Below are positions 46,657 through 54,424 of a stretch of DNA of 64,000 bases, in pieces; positions within the stretch are counted from its first letter, which is position 1, and each line of letters opens with the position of its first letter. Origin of the DNA: an uncultured Clostridia bacterium (GTDB taxonomy: Bacteria > Bacillota > Clostridia > Christensenellales > CAG-314); assembly GCA_947586855.1 (NCBI GenBank), contig CANPXV010000003.1:24274-88273 (forward strand), in the 5' to 3' direction. Both the position numbers and the translations under genes were made by a program. The notes under the pieces are model-generated. The model had not been told where the DNA came from and made no database searches. It saw nothing but the letters and a program-made list of their open reading frames with translations.

Positions 46657-47256
46657 TTATTTTCTAAACACAAACAGGTACTCATGCGCAAGCAGAAGAA
46701 AATTAAACTTGATGCTGTTTGTTTTCCAATAGCCTGTTGCCTTGCAGTTGTGCTGTTCTTTTATGATAATCTCTTTTGTCTTGAACCCAGCAAGTTCGAA
46801 TACTCGCATGGTTTCAAATGCGAGAGGCTTGACCATACCTTTTTGCCTCGTATCGCCCATAAGGATAGCACAAAACTTATCCTTTTTCAATACCCGATAA
46901 CATTCCTCGGCAACTTTGCCCATTTCAAACAGGAACTCTTTCATTGGCAGGCGGGACAAGTCCCCGTCAATGTCCTCGCTGTAATGGATAATATCGGCAT
47001 ACGGTGGGTGAGTGCACACAAGGTCTATGCTTTCGTCCCCAAGCGGCAGCTTGCGTGCGTCCCCAACGGCAAGTGATGTGGTCGCCTGCGTGTCAAAATC
47101 AAACTCGCATTTTCTTTTCGACAGTTCAATTGCGTGTGGATTTATGTCAATGCCGACAAAATTCCTGTGCGTCAGCTTGGCCTCGACAGCAGTAGTGCCG
47201 CCTCCGACAAATTGATCCAACACGGTATCGCCCTCTTGGGTATAGCGCAAAATCAC
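46657..47256 (-). CDS. site-specific DNA methyltransferase (N6-A or N4-C); start codon problematic, possibly a pseudogene
   Basis: Motif I VLDQFVGGGTT, then motif IV THPPY, then HEYLFVFRK*. Conserved-looking sequence (THDAKYRGNWSPYIPRN) continues upstream of the first GTG up to an in-frame TAA. Confidence 0.6.
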   Translation of the reverse strand: MILRYTQEGDTVLDQFVGGGTTAVEAKLTHRNFVGIDINPHAIELSKRKCEFDFDTQATTSLAVGDARKLPLGDESIDLVCTHPPYADIIHYSEDIDGDLSRLPMKEFLFEMGKVAEECYRVLKKDKFCAILMGDTRQKGMVKPLAFETMRVFELAGFKTKEIIIKEQHNCKATGYWKTNSIKFNFLLLAHEYLFVFRK

Positions 47257-47319
47257 GTTGCGGGGGATATACGGCGACCAATTGCCACGATACTTTGCGT
47301 CGTGGGTTGCACGGCGAGA

Positions 47320-47514
47320 TTAAAATTCCATCCATTCGGTTGGTTCGTCTCCGACAGATGCCATTTGCCGAAACTGTACCTCGCCGGGTTCTAAAACAAA
47401 TTTACCTTTGCGATATTTTTCCTCGGCAATTTCAAGTGCTTGGACGCTATCATCTGCCATTACCTCAAATTCTTGTACAACTGTTTCTTCGATAGCAATA
47501 ATAAACTTTTTCAT
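47320..47514 (-). CDS. DpnD/PcfM-like small protein (64 aa)
   Basis: MKKFIIAIEETVVQEFEVMADDSVQALEIAEEKYRKGKFVLEPGEV fits the recalled DpnD/PcfM pattern. Sits directly downstream of the DpnI-like gene, as in the pneumococcal DpnI cassette. Confidence 0.55.
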   Translation of the reverse strand: MKKFIIAIEETVVQEFEVMADDSVQALEIAEEKYRKGKFVLEPGEVQFRQMASVGDEPTEWMEF

Positions 47515-47522
47515 TTCTCACC

Positions 47523-48293
47523 TCAATAGAGTTTTTTGTATTCTCCTCTCTGGGTAAATTGCAAAAATCCTTTGTCTCGCAAGTATTGCAATTGCTGTCG
47601 GATTTTAGGCTTCACGTTGTGATTGTTTGGATGTTTTGCCGACAATATCGCCTCGAAACGATAAATGTCATCAAGAGTAAATTCCTGCATTTGTATCTGG
47701 TTGACGCATTGAAGCACATCAAACAACCAACCGCGAGCCTCGATATTTGAAAGTTCCAAATTGGAGCTTCTGGACATTTGCGACAACACTATTCCTTTAT
47801 CTATGGCGCAGCCGTTCTCAACTATTTTGATAAAGCCCTGTTGCGGGACAGTGTGCAGCAATATGTTGCAACCCACCCAGCCTGCTCTGCGTGCACTTGC
47901 CGAAAGGGGCTTGCGTTTTTCAATCATAGACGGGACAAAAAAGTGTTTGGGAACAATAACAAGGTCTTTTACAACCATGGATTGCTTTTGGTAACTCATA
48001 AACAGAAAATCAGGGTTGCGGTTGCTTGTTATTCGTGCAATCATTGTTTCGTAAGCACCGTCATTTATTTTCTCGCCCAATTTTCCGCCTTTACTTTTCA
48101 GTTCAAATTCGTTTTTACAATGCTCGCAGTAGAAGTCGGCCACAGGACGGTTGTTTTGAAAATGCAATATTTTTTCATTGCCGCAACGTGGGCAATACAG
48201 ATTTTCTCCCACCCAAGTCTCTGTCAATAGACGTGCTCGTTGTGTTTCGCTGTGATAAACGTCAATTCCATCAAAGTGCATTTGTAAATCCAT
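47523..48293 (-). CDS. dpnC: DpnI-like type IIM methyl-directed restriction endonuclease (cuts G6mATC)
   Basis: Collinear with the recalled S. pneumoniae DpnI sequence: YCPRCGN...FQNNRPVADFYCEHCKNEFELKSK, INDGAYETM, RKPLSASARRAGWVGCNI, C-terminal winged helix IRQQLQYLRDKGF. Confidence 0.85.
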   Translation of the reverse strand: MDLQMHFDGIDVYHSETQRARLLTETWVGENLYCPRCGNEKILHFQNNRPVADFYCEHCKNEFELKSKGGKLGEKINDGAYETMIARITSNRNPDFLFMSYQKQSMVVKDLVIVPKHFFVPSMIEKRKPLSASARRAGWVGCNILLHTVPQQGFIKIVENGCAIDKGIVLSQMSRSSNLELSNIEARGWLFDVLQCVNQIQMQEFTLDDIYRFEAILSAKHPNNHNVKPKIRQQLQYLRDKGFLQFTQRGEYKKLY

Positions 48294-49236
48294 AAGTTTT
48301 CAACTCCTTGTTGCATTTTGTCAAAACAATCTTTGCCCCTGTTGCATCGATGTCGTCTATAAACTTGGAAAGCCTGATTTGCTCGCTGTCATCGAAGGCA
48401 TCGGCATTGTAGGACGTGAAAGCCGAAGTTTCGGAAATGGGGCGATAAGGCGGATCGAGATATACAAAAGTATTCTTGTCGATGAACTCTTTCGATAAGG
48501 AATAGTCGCCGCAAACGATAGTAACGTTTTGCAAAACTTTGCTGATATTAAGCAAGTTTTCCTCGTCGCAAATCGTCGGATTTTTGTATGCGCCCATTGG
48601 GACGTTGAATTGTCCTTTGCGGTTTACCCGATACAGTCCGTTGAAGCAAGTCTTGTTGAGGAAGATAAAATAAGCCGCTTTTTCGACCGCTGTTTCGTCT
48701 GTCAATACCACGGAATTGAATTTATCACGGATGGAATAGTAGTAAAACTTTCTGCCGTTTTCGTCCATTGGCAAAAATACCATTTGCATTTCTTTGAGGC
48801 GCACAATCAGCCTCTCAACATCCTTTTTGATAACGTTGTACGCATTGATAAGCTCGGCATTTATGTCCCCAATATACAGTTCGGCAAAATCATACTTCGA
48901 CAGTACGTTGAAGAGTAGTGCGCCGCCGCCCACCATAGGTTCACAATACTTTGTAAGAACCCTTTCGCCGCCCGAGGGCAGCATCTTTTCAAGCTCGTCG
49001 ATGAGTTGTCCCTTGCCGCCCACCCATTTGACAAACGGTTTCAACGTGATTTGATGTTCCTTTTCGTAACGAACGGTTCTCTTGTCTATGGGCTTTTCGG
49101 CGTCGCTTGGGATAATCCACATATTTCCGACCATCATAGCGCCGTCAATCCTGTTTTCGGCACAGAGAATTGCCACACGCCGTTGCGAAATGTTCCACTT
49201 TTCGGCGGCTTCTTTTGCCGACATATAACTCAACAT
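48271..49236 (-). CDS. Dam-type (D12-class) N6-adenine DNA methyltransferase with N-terminal HTH; apparently C-terminally truncated
   Basis: HTH_17-like N-terminus. FVKWVGGKGQL, EPMVGGGALLF, CFNGLYRVNRKGQFNVP, VYLDPPY. Ends 17 aa after the GAKIVL strand, whereas Dam/DpnM have about 45-50 more aa. The 3' end overlaps the dpnI start. Confidence 0.7.
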   Translation of the reverse strand: MLSYMSAKEAAEKWNISQRRVAILCAENRIDGAMMVGNMWIIPSDAEKPIDKRTVRYEKEHQITLKPFVKWVGGKGQLIDELEKMLPSGGERVLTKYCEPMVGGGALLFNVLSKYDFAELYIGDINAELINAYNVIKKDVERLIVRLKEMQMVFLPMDENGRKFYYYSIRDKFNSVVLTDETAVEKAAYFIFLNKTCFNGLYRVNRKGQFNVPMGAYKNPTICDEENLLNISKVLQNVTIVCGDYSLSKEFIDKNTFVYLDPPYRPISETSAFTSYNADAFDDSEQIRLSKFIDDIDATGAKIVLTKCNKELKTYGFTNAL

Positions 49237-49261
49237 AAAGCACCTCACTTTTGATGTCTAT

Positions 49262-49290
49262 ATTATATTCCAACTCTCGAACAAAAGCAA
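49262..49290 (-). promoter_or_regulatory. promoter of the island operon
   Basis: On the - strand: TTGCTT (49290-49285), 17-nt spacer, TATAAT (49267-49262). Confidence 0.5.
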
Positions 49291-49413
49291 GCATTTTCTT
49301 GTTGAAGTCCGATCTTATTTCCCAAAGCAAGTGCTATCCGCAGAGGCGTTGGGTTTGTCTCCCCGCAGGGGAGTAAGGGGAGCAACACAATGTGTTGCGT
49401 AGCGCTACTTCGT

Positions 49414-49433
49414 CGCCGCACGCCCTTGGTCAA
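49414..49433 (+). repeat. right copy of 20-nt direct repeat flanking the island
   Basis: cgccgcacgcccttggtcaa. See 46544-46563. Confidence 0.5.
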
Positions 49434-49592
49434 CACCAACCTCGCAAGCTCGGTTGGTTCCGTTGACGGTCGGCGGCTCCTCTCCCACAAAAGTTTCGCA
49501 AGCTCGACTTTTGCGGGTGCCCGTGGGGCGTCTCGTTATAGAAACACGCCCAAGAAGTGGGGCGAGCGACAGGGCGGCAAACAAAAGCGAGC

Positions 49593-49626
49593 AATAGAAA
49601 AGGGGTGCACCTGGTGTGTACCCCTT
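49593..49626 (-). terminator. intrinsic terminator after tRNA-Asn
   Basis: On the - strand: GGGGTACAC-acc-aGGTGCACCCC-type hairpin followed by TTTTCT. Confidence 0.6.
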
Positions 49627-49658
49627 TCTGTTGCGACCACAAGTGCAGCCGCCCACAA

Positions 49659-49733
49659 TGGCTCCCCGTGTTGGGTTTGAACCAACGACCCTCCGGTTAA
49701 CAGCCGGATGCTCTGCCGCTGAGCTAACGAGGA
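49659..49733 (-). tRNA. tRNA-Asn (anticodon GTT), CCA encoded
   Basis: Manual fold: acceptor TCCTCGT/ACGGGGA, D-arm AGCTCAGCGGCAGAGC, anticodon stem TCCGG/CCGGA with loop CTGTTAA, T-arm GGTTCAAACCC, discriminator G plus CCA. Confidence 0.9.
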
Positions 49734-49750
49734 ATATCAATTGCGTTTAT

Positions 49751-49779
49751 ATCCTACCACCTGCGGCGCAAAATGTCAA
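49751..49779 (-). promoter_or_regulatory. possible tRNA-Asn promoter
   Basis: On the - strand: TTGACA (49779-49774), 17-nt spacer, TAGGAT (49756-49751), 17 nt before the tRNA 5' end. Confidence 0.4.
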
Positions 49780-50029
49780 ATGTTTTTATGAAAAAATTTT
49801 TCCGCAGCCCTTTTTGCGGTTCGCCCGATGTTTTTGCGCTGTCCGATCGCCTTCCATCGCCACCGGATAGCAGCGGTGTTATAGCTTACCATGCGATGGA
49901 AAAGTAAGCGCAAGAGGTTTGCAATTTCTATGATAACGACCTGCGCACATGTCAGTACCGCAAATGACATAAAAATATGCATAATACCTTTTGGATAATA
50001 AAAGCGGTGCAGTAGCTATCCTAAAACCA

Positions 50030-50512
50030 TTTCCTCTCCCATTCTCTCTTCTTTTTTTTCTTTTTCTTCTTTTCTTTTTATTATTTTTTTTTATTCTTTT
50101 TCTCTCGTTCGTTTCACCCCGTACCTCTTCTTTTTTTCTCCCCCTTTCCTTCTCCCTCTCTTTTCTTTCTTTTCCTTTTTCTTTTTTTTATTCATTTCTT
50201 TGATTTTTTCTCTTGTTCGTTTCTCCCCGTCCCCTCTCTCTTTCTCTCCTCTCCACTTTTTTTTCTTCCTCTCCCTTTCTCTCTTCTTTCTTTCTTTTCC
50301 TTCTTCTTTTTTTTATTCCTTTCTTTGATTTTTTCTCTCGTTCGTTTCACCCCGTACCTCTTCTTTTTTTCTCCCCCTTTCCTTCTCCCTCTCTTTTCTT
50401 TCTTTTCCTTTTTTTATTATTTTTTTTATTTATTTCATTCTTTGATTTTTTCTCTTGTTCGTTTCTCCCCTGTCCCCTCTCTTCCTCTCCCCTTCTCCCC
50501 TTCTTCTCGGCA
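50030..50512 (+). repeat. polypyrimidine tract array with about 115-125-bp internal periodicity
   Basis: The box TTTGATTTTTTCTCTYGTTCGTTTCWCCCCGTMCC recurs at about 50100, 50200, 50325 and 50443, alternating in two variants. The header AGCGGTGCAGTAGCT at about 50003 precedes the tract. Confidence 0.85.
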
Positions 50513-50638
50513 TACTGCGCATTTTTGCGCATAAAATATACAAAAATACAAAATTTTCGACAAAAGTTGCCATGTTCGCAGCGCAAAAATTGCATTATAA
50601 TATAGTTGCGCATGGGCAAAACGTCAAGGGGGATAGAC

Positions 50639-51391
50639 ATGGTCAAGCAAACGGTGGTGGCCGTTGCGGTGACGTTGGTATGCGTGATGCTGGTATGCGG
50701 CATGGGCGGATATGCCCAGGTGTACGCCAACGGACGTTCGGTGCCCATTTACAGCGTGGATCGGCAGGACAATCTGGTGTCCATCAGTTTCGACGCCGCC
50801 TGGGGAGCGGACAAAACTCGGCAAATAATGGATGTTTGCGACAGTTACGGCGTCAAAGCCACCTTCTTTCTGGTGGGATTTTGGGTGGACAAATACCCGC
50901 AAATGGTGGCGGAAATCGCCTCGCGCGGTTTCGAGATAGGCACGCACAGCGCCACGCACCCGCAGATGAGCAAGCTGACCGAGCAGCAATGCCGAGAGGA
51001 ACTGCTGACAAGCAGCAAAAAGATATTCGAAATCACCGGCGCCCCCGTGCAGTTGTTTCGGCCGCCCTTTGGCGACTACAACAACACATTGCTAAGCGTG
51101 GCCAAAGGTCTGGGGCTGTACACCGTGCAGTGGAGCGTGGACAGCCTGGATTGGAAGGGCCTATCCGCCGTGGAGATAGCGCAGCGAGTGCAGCAGGCGC
51201 AAAGCGGCGACATCATATTGTGTCACAACAACAGCGACCACATAGTGGAGGCGTTGCCCCTAATTTTTGAGGCGATGCGTTTCAAAAATCTGCAATTTGT
51301 ACCCATAGGGCAGCTCATCTATCGCAACGGATACACAATCGACAGCAGCGGCCGACAGCGGCAGGACAAATCCGCCAACACCCTGTTGTAA
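50639..51391 (+). CDS. polysaccharide deacetylase (NodB homology domain), secreted/membrane-anchored
   Basis: N-terminal TM/signal, then VSISFDAAWG, KATFFLVG.W, IGTHSATHP, LFRPPFGDYN - the NodB motifs. Confidence 0.8.
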   Translation: MVKQTVVAVAVTLVCVMLVCGMGGYAQVYANGRSVPIYSVDRQDNLVSISFDAAWGADKTRQIMDVCDSYGVKATFFLVGFWVDKYPQMVAEIASRGFEIGTHSATHPQMSKLTEQQCREELLTSSKKIFEITGAPVQLFRPPFGDYNNTLLSVAKGLGLYTVQWSVDSLDWKGLSAVEIAQRVQQAQSGDIILCHNNSDHIVEALPLIFEAMRFKNLQFVPIGQLIYRNGYTIDSSGRQRQDKSANTLL

Positions 51392-51449
51392 CAGATGACT
51401 GCACAATGTACCCCACAAGGCAAATGTAAAACACACGAGAGGTATCCAC

Positions 51450-52103
51450 ATGAACACACCTTCATCCAACAACAGCGTAACGCTTTGCGGCACCGTGATA
51501 GGCGAACCGACCTTCTCTCACGAGGTGTACGGCGAGCGGTTTTTCGAGGTGACGCTGGCCGTCAAGCGCCTTTCGGGCATGGAGGACATCCTGCCGATAA
51601 GCATATCCGAGCACCTGCTATCGGGGCAATTTCACGACGGCAACCAAGTGTGCGTGACGGGGCAATTTCGCAGCTACAACAAGACCGTCGAGGACAAAAG
51701 CAAGCTGATGCTCACCGTTTTTGTGCGGGACGTGCCGCAGGTGGACGAAAGCGTCAACCCCAACACCTTGCAGCTGACGGGCTATGTGTGCAAGCCCCCG
51801 ATCTACCGCACAACCCCCTTCAACCGAGAGATCTGCGACGTGCTGCTGGCCGTCAACCGACAGTACAACAAAAGCGACTACATCCCCTGCATCGTGTGGG
51901 GGCGCAACGCCCGATTTGCCGCCAATCTGCCCGTGGGCGAGCACATAAGCGTGTTGGGCAGGGTGCAATCCCGCAACTACCAAAAAAAGCTGCCCGACGA
52001 CACCGTTGTCACCCGCACCGCCTACGAGGTGTCCGTCAGCAAACTTAGCGTGGTTGGGTCGGAGGCCGACGTAATCGCCACATCCGCTCACCCATTGACG
52101 TAG
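51450..52103 (+). CDS. SSB-family protein with two tandem OB folds
   Basis: Two repeats of an SSB-like OB pattern (VTLCGTVIGEPTF...VCVTGQFRSYN; LQLTGYVCKPPIY...ISVLGRVQSRNYQ). No acidic C-terminal tail typical of canonical SSB. Confidence 0.55.
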   Translation: MNTPSSNNSVTLCGTVIGEPTFSHEVYGERFFEVTLAVKRLSGMEDILPISISEHLLSGQFHDGNQVCVTGQFRSYNKTVEDKSKLMLTVFVRDVPQVDESVNPNTLQLTGYVCKPPIYRTTPFNREICDVLLAVNRQYNKSDYIPCIVWGRNARFAANLPVGEHISVLGRVQSRNYQKKLPDDTVVTRTAYEVSVSKLSVVGSEADVIATSAHPLT

Positions 52104-52118
52104 CCAACTGCGGCCATT

Positions 52119-52258
52119 CCGCTTGCGATTGCCCGCTATATGGTGCGATTGTCCAAGCGGCACAGTCGGCGATAAAGTGGTGCGATTGTCCGTCAATCGG
52201 TGCGATTTTTTCCAAGTGGTGCGATATTTTCCAAGCGGTGCGATTGTTCGTCAAACAG
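52119..52258 (+). repeat. iteron-like array: 5-6 direct copies of GGTGCGATTnTYC with about 19-bp spacing
   Basis: Copies start near 52123 (degenerate), 52142, 52179, 52199, 52218 and 52237, e.g. ggtgcgattgtccaagc, ggtgcgattgtccgtca, ggtgcgattttttccaag, ggtgcgatattttccaagc, ggtgcgattgttcgtca. Confidence 0.65.
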
Positions 52259-52343
52259 ATGATATCAAGTGCACCCCATCAGGCAACAATGTTGTTCTTG
52301 CCCCGCCCTACCTTTCGCTCGGCCCGTCATCAACGTCTTATAC

Positions 52344-52386
52344 GCAAAAAAACTCCCGAAAGCGCACACTTTCGGGAGATTTTGTA
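52344..52386 (-). terminator. intrinsic terminator of the 617-aa gene (weakly bidirectional)
   Basis: CTCCCGAAA-gcgcacac-TTTCGGGAG with a long T-run on the - strand. Confidence 0.7.
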
Positions 52387-52420
52387 TAGAAAAAATTTTG
52401 TTTTTTGTTGCAACTTGTTC

Positions 52421-54274
52421 TTATTTTAGGTTTTCCTCTGTTTCGGCTGGCGAGGCGGTAGGTTGGGTGCGCTTTCTGCGACGCAAAAACACAACTGTCA
52501 GCACAACGGCCAGCGTCACTGCGACGCACATCACAACCAAACCGAACACGGCGTTGGTGGTGAGGGCGGTCACGGCAATCAGCCTATCCGAGAAGCAATA
52601 TCCCGTCACGGTTGTGCCGTCGTCGTACAGCACCTGCACAAGCGATGTGCCGTTGTCGTACTGCTTGATGAGGGTCACTCGGGTGCCGCTGCTGAGGTGT
52701 TCCAGCTCCTTTTCGTCGGTGCGGGCGTGGTGGGCCTCGTCCATGGTGTCTGGGTTGTTGTTGTCGTACAGCTGGACGTATCCAAACAGCGTGCCGTTCA
52801 CTTTGCGGTCGCCAACAACTTCCAGCCCGTCGATGTTGGCGCTAAGGTAAAACTGCCCAACATCCTCCTGCTTGACAAATCCCTTTGTATTGCCAAAGGA
52901 CACGTAGTACCACACGTTTTGCCCCTCGGTAAAGCGTTGTAGCACGGTCACTTCGGTGCGGTTGGTGGCCGATTGATTGTGCACCGTCCAATATTTTTCC
53001 GTCATGTAGCTGCTGTTGGGCAGCGGTGCAAGATACACAGCCCCCAGCGAATTGAACTTAAATTCCGTCTTGTATTCCACAACGTCGTGGCTCATAGCCG
53101 TATCCACCACCTGCAATTTGCCGTCGTTTTGCGGCGAGGTGGCGTTGTCGCTCTTTTTGACCCAGCCAAATTTGTCCCCAATCAGCACGTAGTAGAAGGG
53201 GCTTTCCTCCGCCCCGTCGTAGCCCAGCACGATGTACTGCTCGGCGTTTTCGATGAGCCGTTCCACACTGTTCTCGCCGCCGGTCTTGAACACGATATTG
53301 GACGGATAGCCGGCGCTCTTCACCAACGTGAAAGATGTGTACTTGGTGGGCACGTCGCCGCTAAGAGTTTCGGTGCCTATTGTGGCGGATACTTGCAGAG
53401 TGTTCTCGTTGTTTTTGGTGTAGATATCCACCTTGTGCTGACTGTTTAGCACAAACAGTTTTTGGCCGTCCGACGCCACGTCGGTGATGGTGCCGTTTTG
53501 TTGCGGATAGTCGCTTATCAGTGCCACGGGGTTGCAGATGCTGTCGGCGATCTCCACGTAGTGCACAGCATTGTCGCTGAAATATGCGGGGAAGGTCTTG
53601 TTTTGATCCGTCGTCCAGGCAAACAGCCCTTTGGCGCCGCTGTTTGAGATGTCAAGTTTATCGTTTACAACATCTTCTTCGGGCAATCCAAGGCTGTTTT
53701 TGCCATTTGCCCGTTTGAGGTTTGCGCTGTCGTTGCCGTACAGGTAGTAGAGGAAGCCGTCGTCGAGAGCCAAAATATCTGCGAAATTGTCAAAGTTGCC
53801 AAGACCCACACCCCAAAATTTGTCGCCGCCGTTGCGATACAGCTGCGTGGTAGTGGCATAGATTTCGGTCTTTGTGTCGCCAAATGCGCCGTAAACCATA
53901 TTTACGGGGTTGGGCTGCACGGCAAACACGGTCGCTTGCGTCAAAGCGTTGTCGCCCACAGTGTACTCCACAACCTTGTTGGACAGCACCGCATACAGGC
54001 CGCCCTCCTTGGACGAAAGTCCCTCAACGTCGCCGTCCACCTCCTGCGTAAAGCAGTAGTTGGGCTTGTCGCCGGACACGTCAAAGCACAAAATCACGCT
54101 TTTGCCGCTTTCGATTTTGTCCGCAACAAACAGCTTGCCCTGCACGGTGGCGATGGCGGTGGGATCGAGGAAATATGTTATGTCGCTGACGGCGCTTGCC
54201 TCTGCCGTGACAAATGTGGGCAGGGTCAGCGCAACTACCAGCAGCAAAATGGCTACTACAACAGGTTTCTTCAT
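52421..54274 (-). CDS. secreted beta-rich protein with SH3b-like domains and C-terminal membrane anchor
   Basis: Signal peptide (LPTFVTAEASA). Repeated SH3b-like segments (YYVLIGDKFGWVKKSD; WYYVSFGNTKGFVKQEDV). C-terminal TM helix followed by RRRKR. Confidence 0.6.
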   Translation of the reverse strand: MKKPVVVAILLLVVALTLPTFVTAEASAVSDITYFLDPTAIATVQGKLFVADKIESGKSVILCFDVSGDKPNYCFTQEVDGDVEGLSSKEGGLYAVLSNKVVEYTVGDNALTQATVFAVQPNPVNMVYGAFGDTKTEIYATTTQLYRNGGDKFWGVGLGNFDNFADILALDDGFLYYLYGNDSANLKRANGKNSLGLPEEDVVNDKLDISNSGAKGLFAWTTDQNKTFPAYFSDNAVHYVEIADSICNPVALISDYPQQNGTITDVASDGQKLFVLNSQHKVDIYTKNNENTLQVSATIGTETLSGDVPTKYTSFTLVKSAGYPSNIVFKTGGENSVERLIENAEQYIVLGYDGAEESPFYYVLIGDKFGWVKKSDNATSPQNDGKLQVVDTAMSHDVVEYKTEFKFNSLGAVYLAPLPNSSYMTEKYWTVHNQSATNRTEVTVLQRFTEGQNVWYYVSFGNTKGFVKQEDVGQFYLSANIDGLEVVGDRKVNGTLFGYVQLYDNNNPDTMDEAHHARTDEKELEHLSSGTRVTLIKQYDNGTSLVQVLYDDGTTVTGYCFSDRLIAVTALTTNAVFGLVVMCVAVTLAVVLTVVFLRRRKRTQPTASPAETEENLK

Positions 54275-54424
54275 TGTGTACCTCTCAGGGCGGCTATTGC
54301 CCCTTTTGTGACGTCGGCAGGGACGAGCAAGCGCCCATCTGTCCCCGACGCATATTATCTAATTATACAGTATAGCAAAAAGAACGTATTTTTTCAACAC
54401 TTTGCGCCCAATTGCAACAAAATT

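Larger units (their letters stand above)
46544..49433. mobile_element. putative horizontally acquired restriction/methylation cassette (no recombinase seen)
   Basis: Bounded by 19/20 direct repeats. Visibly AT-richer than the flanks. Holds four defence-type genes on the - strand with their own promoter and terminator. About 225 bp from tRNA-Asn. Confidence 0.5.

Noticed and set aside
46657-49236. Classical type II R-M system (methylase protecting against its cognate endonuclease)
   Set aside because: The endonuclease is collinear with DpnI, a methylation-dependent enzyme, so the methylases cannot be its protective partners. One MTase looks C-terminally truncated and the other lacks a proper start. 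I interpret the locus as a Dpn-type cassette with methylase remnants instead.
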